From: Chrysomallon squamiferum
Taxonomy: Eukaryota > Animalia > Mollusca
DNA length: 64,000 bases
Assembly (NCBI GenBank): GCA_012295275.1
Contig: CM022679.1
Span: forward strand, 1,922,001 to 1,986,000
Direction: 5' to 3'
The notes below the pieces were generated by a model. That model worked only from the letters and a program-made list of their open reading frames with translations, searched no databases and was not told the DNA's origin. The position numbers and the translations under genes were made by a program. Below are positions 12,728 through 25,613 of this stretch, one piece after another; within the stretch, counting starts at the first letter, position 1, and every line of letters begins with the position of its first letter.

Positions 12728-15700
12728 TTGTTATTTTTGTTGTTTATTTATTTATTTATTTATATATTTATTTTTTTATTATTATTTTTATTATTATTTA
12801 TTTTTATTTTTTTTAAAGAACACTAAAAAAAAAATTAAAAATTAAAAAAAAATTCTGCTTTTGTAAAATTTAACTTCCACAGTTTTATTTCATACTTCAA
12901 TTCAGGTTAATGTACATTTTCATTAACAGGTTTTTTTTGACAGTTGTTTTAAAAGTTAAAAATAAATAAATATTTGTCTAAATTAGATGCCAAAATGTAA
13001 CTGTTATTTTAATTATTAAAAAAAAACATTTAAAAAAATAATATTTAAAAGTTAATACATGTAATATGATGGTTGTTACTAAGATGACATCAATTAACTG
13101 TTAAAATATTTGATTAAAACAAAAGATAATTTTATTTTTTTTATTATTTTTTTTTATTTATTAAAACAGACAAACTATGTGTTTGTTGCTATTTATTAAG
13201 ATGACATAAACAGAAATATTTTTTTTATTAAAACAGGCAAACTTTGTGGTGGTGGTTCTTGCTCTGAAAGCTTTGTACTCTACACATGCTATGATGTCCA
13301 AAACAAGAAGAGAAAAAATCAAGTAAGTTGAGCTGTTCTTGCATATTTTAAAATTACTTTTAATCAGCTGTGTATGGAATATCAACTCTCTCAGTACTTA
13401 GTCTTCATATTTTCTACATAAATCTGGCGTTATAATTTTAAATTATAGATATGACTGATATTTATTTATAATATTATTTTATATATATATATTGTTTTTT
13501 TTACATAGATCAGGTGTTAGAAGTATCAGTATTCTAAAAGTACTTGATTTTTATAACATAATATTTTTTTTTTTTTTTTTTTTTTACATAGATCAGGTAT
13601 TAGAAGTATCAGTATTCTATAAGTTCTTGATTTTTATAACATAATTTTATTATATTGTTTTTTTAATAGATCAGGTGTTAGAAGTATCAGTACTCTGGCA
13701 CCCATTCTTGGACTCACCTGGGTGTTTGGTGTGTTTTCTGTCAACCAGAATCTTGTTGTCTTTCAGTACTTGTTTGCCATTTTCAATTCACTTCAGGTAA
13801 ATACAAAGTATTTAGCTAAACACTGACTGTACTTCACACGCATGTGGATTATAATACATGTTCTGCAGTGTAACAGTCTTGTCAACACTTTTTATCCTCA
13901 GACATGACCTAGAAATCCTTTAAACTGTTCTTATCTTGATTGTGATGCTGACAAAACTGTTTATTTTCTTTAATTTTTGTTTTATTTTTAAAATTATTTT
14001 GATTGATTTATTGTCTCATCATACATATATCTTTAATCCTAAAATTATCAACTTTCCATAACATATCAAGCACAAATTCCTTAAACATTCATATGCTGTA
14101 ATTTTAATATTCTAGAATCCCAGTTTAAATTAGAAAAAACCTGTTAAAATTTAATTTTACCTTTTTGGTATATCTTTAAAGTAATTTAAAGTTATGCTCT
14201 ACTGTTGCTTGTTGTTTTTTTACAAATGTAATTTCAGGGTTTCTTCATCTTCCTCTTCCATTGTCTTCTCAGCAAGGCTGTAAGCATTTACAGATGTTTT
14301 CATTGATTTCTGTCACAAATTTAAACACTTCAGTCACAGCTACTAGTTGTTGTTTTTTTATATCGTTTTTTTGTATCACTGTCAATATGTGAAAGGTAGA
14401 TTTTGAAACAAACACACCTTTATTAATTTGTTCTAGTTTGATTAATATATATCAAAGTTTCAACACAACCACATTATAAGAAGCTAATTACACTTTAGAA
14501 TTACAACTTTCTCAATCTCATTGATAAGAATGAACAAAGCAAATTTTGTTATGAAGTAAAATTTCTGCTGTGTTGCTGAAGGTGACTGATGGATTTAGAC
14601 ACAAGTGGCAAGGGTACAAAGCAAGTCAGATTTCATCCACTGGAGCAGATCGCAAGATGAAGGACATATCTGTAAGTAGTCACAGCTCTGCCATAAAGAA
14701 AGAAAAAGATTTTAAAAAACACCTGACATACACATCTCACATCAGTGAAAATTGGAAGTATTCACGCATAATCTTCATGTTGAAAAACCCCAAACCCAGA
14801 CTTATTCATATATTATTTTCACAAAGAAGATAATAGTTTGATTACGTTTTTGATAAAATTAAAATTAGTTGGTTTCAAGAGGAGTTCAGTTCAAGAATGA
14901 GAGAATGCTAGTTCAGTAGTTTATCAGGCCACACTTGTAATCCAGGTTATAGTCTGATTTAAACTCTTGATATTTATTATCCAATGTGAAGAAAAGATTG
15001 CTTAATGCAAACATCAGTTGTTTTTTTGTTTTGTTTTTATTAGTAGTAAAAACTTTTTGTCATTTGTTTTTTTTATATTTAAGATAAAATATTACAACCC
15101 ATTAGTAAATCTTTTATACATTCAGATTAACTCCTGTTATTTATAATTTAATCAGTGTAGTTATGTTAATATGTGTAAACGTGTGTTCATTTCAGAAATC
15201 TACATCTGATACTGAGTATAAAAGAAGTAAGTGAAGCTTCACACTGTTAATTTAGAATTTTCAGATAAATGTTATCTACCATTTTATCCCTTAGGACCAA
15301 CCTTTGCCAAAAATAAAATGTGATAGTTGCATAATAAAATCATAAACAATTGTGAAGATACCTGATGTCACTAAATTTTATCTATATATTTCAATTAGGT
15401 CAGCCAAGAAGATAGTTATTACTTACATCTGTCATGTTGATTTTTATTATTATTAGTGTTGTTGTTGTTGTTGTTTACTATCACTACCTAACACTAATGA
15501 AGTGATATAATTAATAATAATTTTTATAATTTAATTAAGAAGCTGTACATTTTGTTTTAAATAACACACTTACATAGGTAAAAATATTTTAGTTTGTTTT
15601 ATATATTACAAATATTATTTATGCTTTTGTTATCCTATTACTTGTATTGTTAGTTTTTGTGTGTCTGTTCATGATTATGTCCATTTTGTTTCAGGAAAAT

Positions 15701-15801
15701 CAGAAGTGACTACTTTGAAAGATTCCACGGAATCAACTGACATTGATGTTCAGATATGTCAGAATCCACTCTTATCTTCAGACGTTAACATCAGACTTTA
15801 G
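670..15801 (+). CDS. Adhesion G protein-coupled receptor (5'-truncated by window): EGF/EGF-Ca - SEA - Ig - Ig - HRM - GAIN/GPS - 7TM
   Basis: Phase-compatible GT-AG exons: 670-864 ([23 protein letters not shown], Ca-EGF), 1214-1332, 1583-1641, 2120-2268 (SEA), 2673-2921, 3309-3536, 3985-4125 (Ig), 4441-4542, 4922-5028 (HRM: W.ETP.G..A...CP...R.C.....W..PD...C), 5256-5444, 6159-6230, 6663-6771, 7120-7221, 7616-7691, 8271-8376, 8854-8900, 9177-9300 (GPS: PVCSYW..W...GC...[13 protein letters not shown]), 9793-9896, 10248-10350, 11127-11277, 11765-11834, 12307-12373, 13237-13322, 13670-13796 ([19 protein letters not shown]), 14238-14279 (GFFIFLFHC), 14582-14671, 15196-15226, 15695-15801 (TAG). 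AATAAA at ~16804. Confidence 0.93.
2910..3040 (+). repeat. 3 x 44-bp tandem repeat spanning an exon end and 5' splice site
   Basis: ctaaagattcgg|gtaagtcaaatg, ctaaagattcag|gtaagtcaaatg and ctaaaaactcag|gtaagcaaaatg, with GT at 2922, 2966 and 3010. Confidence 0.85.
7229..7436. repeat. 34-bp minisatellite (~5 copies) starting just inside a GPCR intron
   Basis: Unit aacag(c/a)tttaagtaaataaatcaacatagcatgt begins 7 nt after the exon end at 7221. Confidence 0.9.
8356..8516 (+). repeat. ~51-bp tandem repeat (3+ copies) spanning a GAIN exon end and donor
   Basis: acatttgaacatattgta|gtaagtattttaac... is repeated as acatttcaacatactata|gtaagtatcttaac and acatttaaacatattgtagtattttaac. Confidence 0.85.
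10307..10806 (+). repeat. 9 x 55-bp tandem repeat spanning the TM2-exon end and GTGAGT donor
   Basis: Unit ctcataggcattgaccaaactcagaacaag|gtgagttaatacctacttcatgttt at 10321, 10376, 10431, 10486, 10541, 10596, 10651, 10706 and 10761. Confidence 0.95.
13495..13695 (+). repeat. 3 x ~80-bp tandem repeat spanning a 3' splice site and exon start
   Basis: ttt..atag|atcaggt(g/a)ttagaagtatcagta(t/c)tct with AG ending at 13508, 13591 and 13669. Only the last copy continues as the TM6 exon. Confidence 0.9.
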
Positions 15802-17664
15802 ACATCTCTATCGAATGCTTAATTGTAACAGTTGAATTCTCTTGTCTGTCCTTAATTATAGCAAAAATGTTTGAATTTTCATAAACTGAAGTTCAAGTTT
15901 TTTCATCCTTAGACAGAAAAACAATGATTTATCCTTAAAAGTTAAAATATTAATTCCATTGTTTTATTGTTAATATACGGTTCATAACCAAAAGGCTGCT
16001 GTTGCAGACTGTCAAGTTACCTGAAGGCGAAGTATAATAAGCAAGTAGGTTGTTTCTCTTTTCTCTGTGACTTTGAACAGAAATCTGTACAAAGATTCCT
16101 GAAACACTAAAGTATTTGTAATTATCATCATCATTATTATTAATTTATTATATTTTATTTATTCATTTTCCATTCATTCTTTTATTTTAAGTAATGAAAA
16201 TTATGGATTTTTGTTTTCTTTTTTCTTCTTCTTTTCCTTCTTCTTCTTATTATTATTATCATCATCACATACAAGATTATTCCAGTGATTTTTATTCAAA
16301 ATATTATTTTTGTCATCAATAATGTATTTATTTATCTTTAAACTTAGTGCTGGTTATGGTTCCTCGCCACAAAAATATTAAACTGTATACAATTTTATAT
16401 ATATAACTGATCTGTTGTTCAGTATTATACACTATTTTCATTGCTTTAATTATATATGTAGCTGTTTTAAAGAATCAGAAGTTTTAATTGAAAGAAAACC
16501 ATTAATTGTAATTATGAAATATGGTAAATATTTTTGTAATTGACTGAACTTGGTTCAGAATCTAGAATTTACCCTAGGAAAAGTAAGTAAAAATAAAAAT
16601 AATATTAAATCAGGATAATTATAATCTACGTCCATGTGTTTTAATATGTGCTGTTCACTGTCTCAGGATGAAATGTCACTTGTGATTTCATAATGTCTGT
16701 GATATCTATAAATAATTTAAAAATCAGTTGTATATAATATTTTTACAACATAAAGCATTTCTGAACTTTACAAAATATTTTATAAAAGTTTATGTCTTTT
16801 CTAAATAAAAATATTTTCTGCTTCTGATATTGTTGGGTCCTTTTTTATTGTTATTAATTTAGTTTGCACTTCTTAAATTATTTTGGGGTAGAGTAAAAAT
16901 GGTTGGGGCTTTTCCTCTTTACTTGGTGTTCTCGCCAGATTAATTTTGTCAGAAAGACAGCTGTATGTGAATTCTTGTTTGTAATAATAATCATTCAGAA
17001 GATCCCATAAAACTGAAAAAAAGAAGAAAGACAACCATGTTCTCTCTCAAAGGAATAATAGTAATAATACGAAAAATTAATGCTAATACTGGAAAGATTA
17101 AAATAATAACATAAAAATAAATATAATAATAAAAATTAAACTAAAGAAAAATAAATTTGAAAAAATAGATAATATTTAATATTTTTCACACATAGCAAAG
17201 AGTTCATGATACATATATCACAGTGTTAGTCTGAGGAGAATTGATCATGTAATACATGAGTGTTGATGTTCATATACAACAATTAAATGCATACAAATAG
17301 TCACTTGTTCTCAATATGTATCAGACTATCACACATTTATATTTATTCTCTTGTATTTCAGGTGTAATTTTTGTCAATTCCAGTGTATAGAAATGATTTC
17401 TTCACGTTTTACTTATGTATATTTTATTATTGTTGTTAATTTTCTTGATTAATAATAATAATAATCTAATTAAACTAAAAAAAAATAATAATAATAATAA
17501 AAAATGACATACAGTACAGTTCTTATTAATACGGATTATTTCTGTTTTAAGATAATTATAGTCTAGAGAAAAATCTGGATACTTTCATGTAATAATCACT
17601 GAGGGGACGACTTATGTTAAAATAAATAAAGTTAAAGACAGAAAAAAGGAAAACGAAGTAACAA

Positions 17665-17698
<34 letters not shown>

Positions 17699-17699
17699 G

Positions 17700-18255
<556 letters not shown>

Positions 18256-18519
18256 CTTTATTATTTTATTACCTTAAATTTAATTTAATTTAGTTGCTTT
18301 GTTCTGTACCTTAGGTGAACAGTCCCCCAGAAACACATTTTCAAGTATGAGTTCCTGTATTAGCCACTCTGAGGTGGGGGTATCATCACTCACCAGGTGA
18401 CTCACTGTTGCTGCATTCAAGGTACAGATCAAAAAAATAATGGTGAGGAATTATAAAAAAATAAAAATAAAAATAAATAAAATAAAATAAAATAAATATT
18501 CAATAGAAAAAGGTTTATA

Positions 18520-20166
18520 AAGAAGGTGTTTGTATGCAAGAAAATGACAGTAGGATCTTCCATCTCTCTTCCATCTAGGGTGTGTTTTTGTTGTATGCAT
18601 GATATGGAAGAAGAAGAAGAAGAAGAAGAACAATTAAATAACAAAATAAATAAATAAATAAATAAAAATAAATTAGAAAAAAAAAAAAAAAAGAAAAAAT
18701 AAATAAATCTAAACAAATTAAAATTAAACCAAAAATAATAAAAAATAATAAATAAAACAATAATAAAATAAAAAGTAATTAAAAAAAAATAATAAATAAA
18801 ATAAAATAAAAAAATAAAAAGAAAATAAGAAAAAAAGAGGACATTGTTTGAAATAAAATGAAACATTAAATGAAAGGAAAATGTCAGTGTGATCTTCCAT
18901 CTCTTCCATCTAGGGTGTGTTTTTTGTTGTGTGCATAATAATAATAAATAACAAAATAAATAAATAAATAAATAAATAAAAATAATAAATTAAAAAAAAA
19001 AGAAAAAAAATCTATTAGGAAACCAAAAAATAAAAAGTAAATAAATAAGTAAGTGCATAAATAAATAAATAAACAAATAAAATAAAAAAAATAATAAAAT
19101 AATAATAATAATAATAAGTAATTAAAAAAAAAAGTAATTAAAAAAAAAAAATAAATAATAAGAAAAAGAAGTTAGAAAAAGAAAATAAGAAAAAAGAGGA
19201 CAGTGAAAGATGTTTGAATAATCTGTTTGTATGAAGGAAAATGTCAGTGTGATCTTCCATCTCTCTTCCATCTAGGGTGTGTTTTTGTTGTGTGCATGAT
19301 GTGGAAGAAGAAGAAGAAGAAGAAGAAGTAAAAATAAATAACAAAATAAATAAATAAATAAATAAATAAAAATAAATAAATTAAAAAAAAGAAAAAAAAT
19401 AAATAAATAAAAAAGTAAATAAATAAATAAAAAAATAAAAATAAATTAAATAATAATAATAATAAAAAATAAATAAGAAAAAAATCTATTAGGAAACCAA
19501 AAATAAAAAAAAAAAAAATAAATAAAAAAAAAAGAAGTTAGAAAAAGAAAATAAGAAATAAATAAATAAATAAATAAATAAAATGTCAAATAAAATGAAG
19601 AAGAAGAAGAAAAGAAGAAGTCAAAATTAAAAAAAGTAAATAAATAAGTAAGTGCATAAATAAATAAATAAATAAATAAACAAATAAAATGAAGAAATTC
19701 AAAATTAAATAATAATAATAATAATAATAAAAAGTAATTAAAAAAAGAAGTTTGAAAAAGAAAATAAGAAAAAAGAGGTCAGTAAAAGATATTTGGATAA
19801 TATGTTTGTATGCAGGAAAATGTCTGTGTGATCTTCCATCTCTCTTCCATCTAGAGCATGTTTTTGTTGTGTGCATGATGTGGAAGAAGAAATTACTAAT
19901 GAAACAACAAAATAAACAGATAAATAAATAAATAAATAAAAGAGAAGATAATCAAAATTACTTAATTAATTAATTAATTAATTAATAAGAAGAAGAAGAA
20001 GAAGAAGAATTACTAACAAAACAACAAAATAAATAGATAAATAAATAAAAGAGAATATAATCAAAATTAATTAATTAATCATAATAATAATAAAAATAAG
20101 AAGAATTACTAACAAAATAACAAAATAAATAAACGAGAAGATAATCAAAATTAATTAATTAATTAA

Positions 20167-20229
<63 letters not shown>

Positions 20230-20301
20230 TAAGAAGAAGAATTACAAAACAACAAAATAAATAGATAAATAAATAAATAAAAGAGAAAATAGTCATAATT
20301 A

Positions 20302-20337
<36 letters not shown>

Positions 20338-20519
20338 CATAAAAATAATAAGAAGAAGAATTACTAACAAAACAACAAAATAAACAGATAAATAAATAAA
20401 TAAATATAAGAGAAGATAATCAATTAATTAATTAACAATAATAATAATAAGAAGAATTACTAAAAAAACTACAAAATAAATAAATAAAAGAGAAGATAAT
20501 CAAAATTAATTAATTAATC

Positions 20520-20561
<42 letters not shown>

Positions 20562-21050
20562 AAAAAACTAATAAAAAAAGAAGTTTGAAAAAGAAAATAA
20601 GAAAAAAGAGGTCAGTTAAAAATATTTGAATAATATGTTTGTATGCAGGAAAATGTCTGTGTGATGATCTTCCATCTAACTTCCATCTAGGGTGTGTTTT
20701 TGTTGTATGCATCATGTGGAAGAAGAAGAAGAAGAAGGTATTACTTACAAAACAACAAAATAAATAAATATATAAATTAGAGAGAAGATAATCAAAATTA
20801 ATTAATAATAATAACAACAACAACAACAATAAAAAGTAATTAAAAAAAGAAGTTTGAAAAAGAAAATAAGAAAAAAGAAGACAGTAAAAGATGTTTGAAG
20901 AAGATGTTTGTATGCAATGGCAGTGGGATTTCCATATCTTGACTCTTCTTTCTTCTTGGTCTTCCTTCTTCCATGTAGGGTGTATTCGTGTTGTTTGCAT
21001 GATGCAGAGGAAGAAAAAAAAAAAAAAAAAAAAAATTAGGAAAAAGAATT
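18520..21050. repeat. Degenerate complex tandem array: ~6 copies of an ~90-bp core embedded in expanded A-rich microsatellites
   Basis: Core tgtttgtatg(c/a)aggaaaatgtc.gtgtgatcttccatctctcttccatctagggtgtgtttttgttgt.tgcatgat.tggaagaagaag at ~18526, ~18875, ~19225, ~19803, ~20636 and ~20904, separated by AAT, AAAT and GAA runs. Confidence 0.88.
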
Positions 21051-22724
21051 TAGAAGCGTCGGCCGAAATGAGTTTTAAAAAAAAAGAAGAAGAAAAAAGA
21101 AAAAGAAAACCACCTTTTGGACGCTGATTTAGGCGGTTAGCCAAAATAATGAAGATCGGAATCTATATTTTCAGAAATCATGCCGAATTTGATGAAAATA
21201 TCATGAATGCCAATTTCAAAATTTAATTTCCGATCGAGAACCTCTTACACGTTAAAAGTGGTTTCTGAAAGTCACAATTAGTTGCCAGTGACGACGTTAT
21301 TTATAAACCCTGTAACGCGGACGTGACGGAGAACGCCAGAGAAATGCAACGCAATCCGTTAAAATGGCACTAGTCTGTGTTTCTTTTGATTGAAATTAAA
21401 TTAATTCAAAATTTGTTTTAAATATTTTACTTAAAGTCCCGATTAAAATATTTTGCAAGAAACTTCTAGCTTCAGTTTGTAACTTTAATACATCAGTAAA
21501 ACTTGTGTGTAATGTACAGTGCCATACATTTATAGTATCACAACCAGTTTTTACGATGAATATCACGTATAATTACCTTTCTGATGTAATTTGTATTTCA
21601 GTATTTTTATATTTGTAGTGGAATCTTATTATAAAAAACCAGGTTATAATGTGTAAGAAATAAGATACCTTTTGACTCCATATTTACAAAACTGTAACAT
21701 TTCTTTACTAGCTGGCTTGAACAGCTCCATCGAATTGTTCGTGACGTTTCGTTGATTCTCGGTGATTTTACGCGGGAATTTTCGGCCAGCAGATTCGGGT
21801 CTTCCGCACTGAAAGATCTTGTATATAATTCTATTTCCGAAACTGTCATACAATTTTCAGATTATTTCCTGCTGGGTCCCACAGGTTTATGTGACACAGA
21901 ATGTATAAATGTAAACAATAACAAAATAGTGCTGAAAATGTGCAGACAGGGGTAATGACCCATTAAAAATAATATTAAATTACTGTTGTTGCATTAAGTG
22001 TTAGACATTACTCTACAGTTTAAATGCGAAATTGTCTGTGTATTAGCTGACGATTTCTAACGTTTCTGTAACAAAGATCAATTCACAATTTCTCTTACCA
22101 ATAATCCAGGTGTGTGGATAGCTTTCCGACTTCTTGTCAGTTTTTCATACGACAGAAAAAGAAGACAGATATTACATACTATCTTTCTAATATTTACATT
22201 AGCATCTAAAGGACACATTTTTTTATTTGAATTTACAAACGACGTCTTTAAAATTACAATCTCGGCTACATATCACCTCAATTTTAATAGGTATGCTCGT
22301 ATATATATATATGTATTAAATACTCAGCGAAACGTATTGCTTTTTCACTGAAACTATAATGATCTCGTTAGTGCTGCATATAACACATTTCAGAGTTACT
22401 TCCCTTTCTCAGGTGTCCAGGCAAAGGAATGATCAGATTTTTATTTATGAAGTGATTTTTATTTATTTATAAACATGAAATGAGTACACAGTTGTTTTTG
22501 TTTTTTTACATGACTCTCTTTCAAAAATTTGTTTCTGACTCTGAATCAAAGTACAGCTGAGGTAGTGTACTAAATCTATCTCATACTGCTAAGTATTACT
22601 TTGCTGCAGTTACTTCCCTTTACCCAAGTTAATAATCATCAATGACACTGAAACATCAAGGAAACAACAAGTAGATGAAGAAAGCCGAGACCTCAGTTGT
22701 TTTTGTTTTTTGAGGGGGATGGTC

Positions 22725-22784
<60 letters not shown>

Positions 22785-22825
22785 CATCATCATCATTATT
22801 ATTCACACCAATATATCGTGTTTAC

Positions 22826-22872
<47 letters not shown>

Positions 22873-22892
22873 CACCAATATATCGTGTTTAC

Positions 22893-22937
<45 letters not shown>

Positions 22938-23862
22938 TGATTGTTATCCGACGCTTGAATGGCTAGATCCAGACTCAGTAAGTGCTTTATTTATTTCAAG
23001 CAGAAAAAATACGAGGAAAACTTCGTGAATGCAGGGGAGACCGGGGCAGGCTGGGGCACGTTTCTCATTTTAATATCTGATTCAGATACAAAGCTTGTTA
23101 AATATATTATAAACAAAATAAATACACTCAGATAAATTCTGAACCAGAATGTACAGACAAAGCTAGAGCTGGGCCTGTAATAATAAGACTTTTTGACCCG
23201 TTGCCTTTTGTTAACGGCACGTCTTAGAGTCTCTATCGGAACACGAAAAGCTGTTTCTCGCAGCAATGTTCCCAGACAATCAATTAATTAATCAATCAAT
23301 ATATCTTTTAATGTCCAGTTGACTATTTCATTGGTATCAGGAATTAAATTACTAAAGATGTACAAGAAAATTAATTTATAATAACACACACATTTAGGGA
23401 GTGGCCGAACCTACCCGGCACGACCTTGCACCAGCTTGAAAACTCGCGTGTGTCAAATAGCACTGGGATGTCAGCTGCAGATCTGGCTTATCTAAAACAA
23501 TAAGTGGACAAAAAACGGAAAGAAATTAATTTCTGTATTGTTAATTGTCAGGTGGCCTACCCTGCCCTGGTCTTCCCTATACGATATAATATCACAGAAA
23601 GAGAAGGAACAATCTAAATAATCTCGTTAAAAAAGATTTCAGAGTCATTTTTATCATCAGTTTAGTGTTACTCAAATATAATTACTTGGGAGTATAAATG
23701 TTCTAATATCTAGATGTTTTGTTCGTATCACTTTAATTAACGAAAACCTCATGGTTGGAAATAACGACAAGAAACGGAGAGAAAAAATATATATATTTCT
23801 GTATATTAATATAGTCTTTCAGCGTAAAGATGTACATAACTCACGAGAAGATATTAGGTTTT

Positions 23863-24999
23863 CTAACGAAACATAATCAACGGAGCCATGAATGCAGCAA
23901 AGAGAAAGAGCGCGAAACAAATGCGATTTCCGTTAAAAGCGAACGTTTTTTCACTGGTGGTAGACTCGTCTACAAACCAGCTGATTATCCCGCGGACGTA
24001 AAGTCTACCGCCAAAGTCTCTGAATTGCTTGGAGTTGAAATTCAACAGCGCTATCATCGCTACGTTTGCTAAAGCACAGTTCGCGAGAATGAGAGAAAGA
24101 TAGAGTTCAAAGTTGGTGATGTCTGTCGATGTTCGTGGAATGAATTTGACAATAAAGTTAAAGAACATGCTGTAGGACACTAGAATGTTTATCAGGTATC
24201 CCATCTGCTCTCCAGGGGTAGGGGGAAATAGAAATGCCACTGGTGTCACGAACGAAAGTAAAAAGAGAGGAATTAACGTACTGGTAATGTAGAACAGGTT
24301 TTTACGCAGTAGAGTCAGCTGAATTTCTGCAATTTCAATTTTGTGATCCAAACCTAAATGAATCACATGGTTATTTAAATCCTTTAGAATCCATTCGCTG
24401 GCTATGTCGAAAAAATCGTTAAGACTAAAATCCGTTTTCATGAAGTGAAACTGGTAGCGCGCACCGTGCATTCCGGTAATTGAAAGTTTGCAGTGTTGGG
24501 TGTCGAACGGGAAACGGCTGGTATCAAGTCTGCAAGCAGTTTTGGAGATTCCGTGTATTTCGTACATCACCAGACCAGAAGACGATACAACAAAAGGAAT
24601 ATCAGATTCCATTTTTTGACTTTCAATTGAATTGAGAAGCAAAAGGGTTGGTTTCCATAAAGCTTTCGCAGACATTTGAATTTCTCTGATGTCTCCGTAC
24701 TCAGCTGGATCCCACACGAGTCGAGGATCTAACCAGAGAAACGTATAAAACGTTTCAAAATAAAATGTCTGTCCAAAATGGCCGATGTCAATGACTGCTA
24801 CGGGAGTGAGATGTACGAAGACTGTATCATTACTTTCTTTGAGAATCGCTGGAGTATGGCGGGAATATCCAGTCAACAGATCTTTTGTAAGCTGTTGGTA
24901 TTCTAGACTTTGTGTGATGGCGTCTGAAGACGCTGTTGCAGTAGATATTATGAGCACAACACCAAGAAGAAAACACGTTACACAAAGGTTTTCAGTCAT
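23863..24999 (-). CDS. Intronless divergent Cys-loop ligand-gated ion channel subunit (nAChR-like, non-alpha), 378 aa
   Basis: Signal peptide MTENLCVTCFLLGVVLIISTATA; W.D.RL.W.P..Y motif; LWKP loop A; Cys-loop C-x13-C (CRLDTSRFPFDTQHC); SEW; LRK..FY..L.P; GEQ before M2; P-RTS in the M2-M3 loop; four hydrophobic helices. Single open frame. Confidence 0.93.
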   Translation of the reverse strand: MTENLCVTCFLLGVVLIISTATASSDAITQSLEYQQLTKDLLTGYSRHTPAILKESNDTVFVHLTPVAVIDIGHFGQTFYFETFYTFLWLDPRLVWDPAEYGDIREIQMSAKALWKPTLLLLNSIESQKMESDIPFVVSSSGLVMYEIHGISKTACRLDTSRFPFDTQHCKLSITGMHGARYQFHFMKTDFSLNDFFDIASEWILKDLNNHVIHLGLDHKIEIAEIQLTLLRKNLFYITSTLIPLFLLSFVTPVAFLFPPTPGEQMGYLINILVSYSMFFNFIVKFIPRTSTDITNFELYLSLILANCALANVAMIALLNFNSKQFRDFGGRLYVRGIISWFVDESTTSEKTFAFNGNRICFALFLFAAFMAPLIMFR

Positions 25000-25613
25000 T
25001 GTTAATTTAAGAAATAATAATTAATTTCAAAACGACCGATGACTTATAACCAGACTATGTGATACAAACTGTAGTGACAGGCTTGCTGCAGCTACTCTTC
25101 AGCTGACGCTTCGAGACGAAACAGTTTCTGAAACTTTAGCTGACCTTGTTTGTAAATCGAGCAATCATAAAATATGACAACATGATTATATGGTTATTTA
25201 CATGAAAGGAATCATTTAACAAATTAATAAACGTAAAAACTTTATTGACTGTCAGTGACTTTATACACACATGGTATAAACTTGTGCAGCAAGTTCTTCT
25301 ATTAGATTATTATCACACTGGATAAAGCCGCGATTGTATGTTTATAGAAAACTAATTTTCGAACAATTTATCAAAACAATATATACAATAAACGCAAACA
25401 TTTTATAGCCTTTTTAGGAACCTTTTAAACAGAAATCAATTTTTATCGTTATACAGAATCTACAACCGTTATAACAAATAGAAACAGTTGTTGTTTATTT
25501 CACTTAAAAACATACTCAGACTGCTGGAGCTTTGCAAGATACACACTGATCGCGTGCTTCTCTGTAGTACACAGATAAAAAAAAATTATAATTTAAAAAA
25601 TATATATATCACA
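25000..25613. promoter_or_regulatory. Putative bidirectional promoter shared by the two Cys-loop channel genes
   Basis: Only 614 bp lie between the divergent ATGs (24999 on -, 25614 on +). TATA-like tataaa at ~25275. Inferred from geometry. Confidence 0.55.

Noticed and set aside
18520-21050. CRISPR-like appearance of conserved cores with variable spacers (also the 10.3 and 39.3 kb arrays)
   Set aside because: Eukaryotic context, no cas genes, and the spacers are microsatellites or near-identical copies rather than unique sequences.
21308-21951. Possible DNA transposon bounded by ccctgt...acaggg
   Set aside because: The inverted match is only 6 bp, with no TTAA or other target-site duplication and no transposase ORF.
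18429-22966. Phe/Tyr/Leu/Ile-rich ORFs of 60-208 aa
   Set aside because: Translations of A/T microsatellites with no splice-consistent structure or protein motif.
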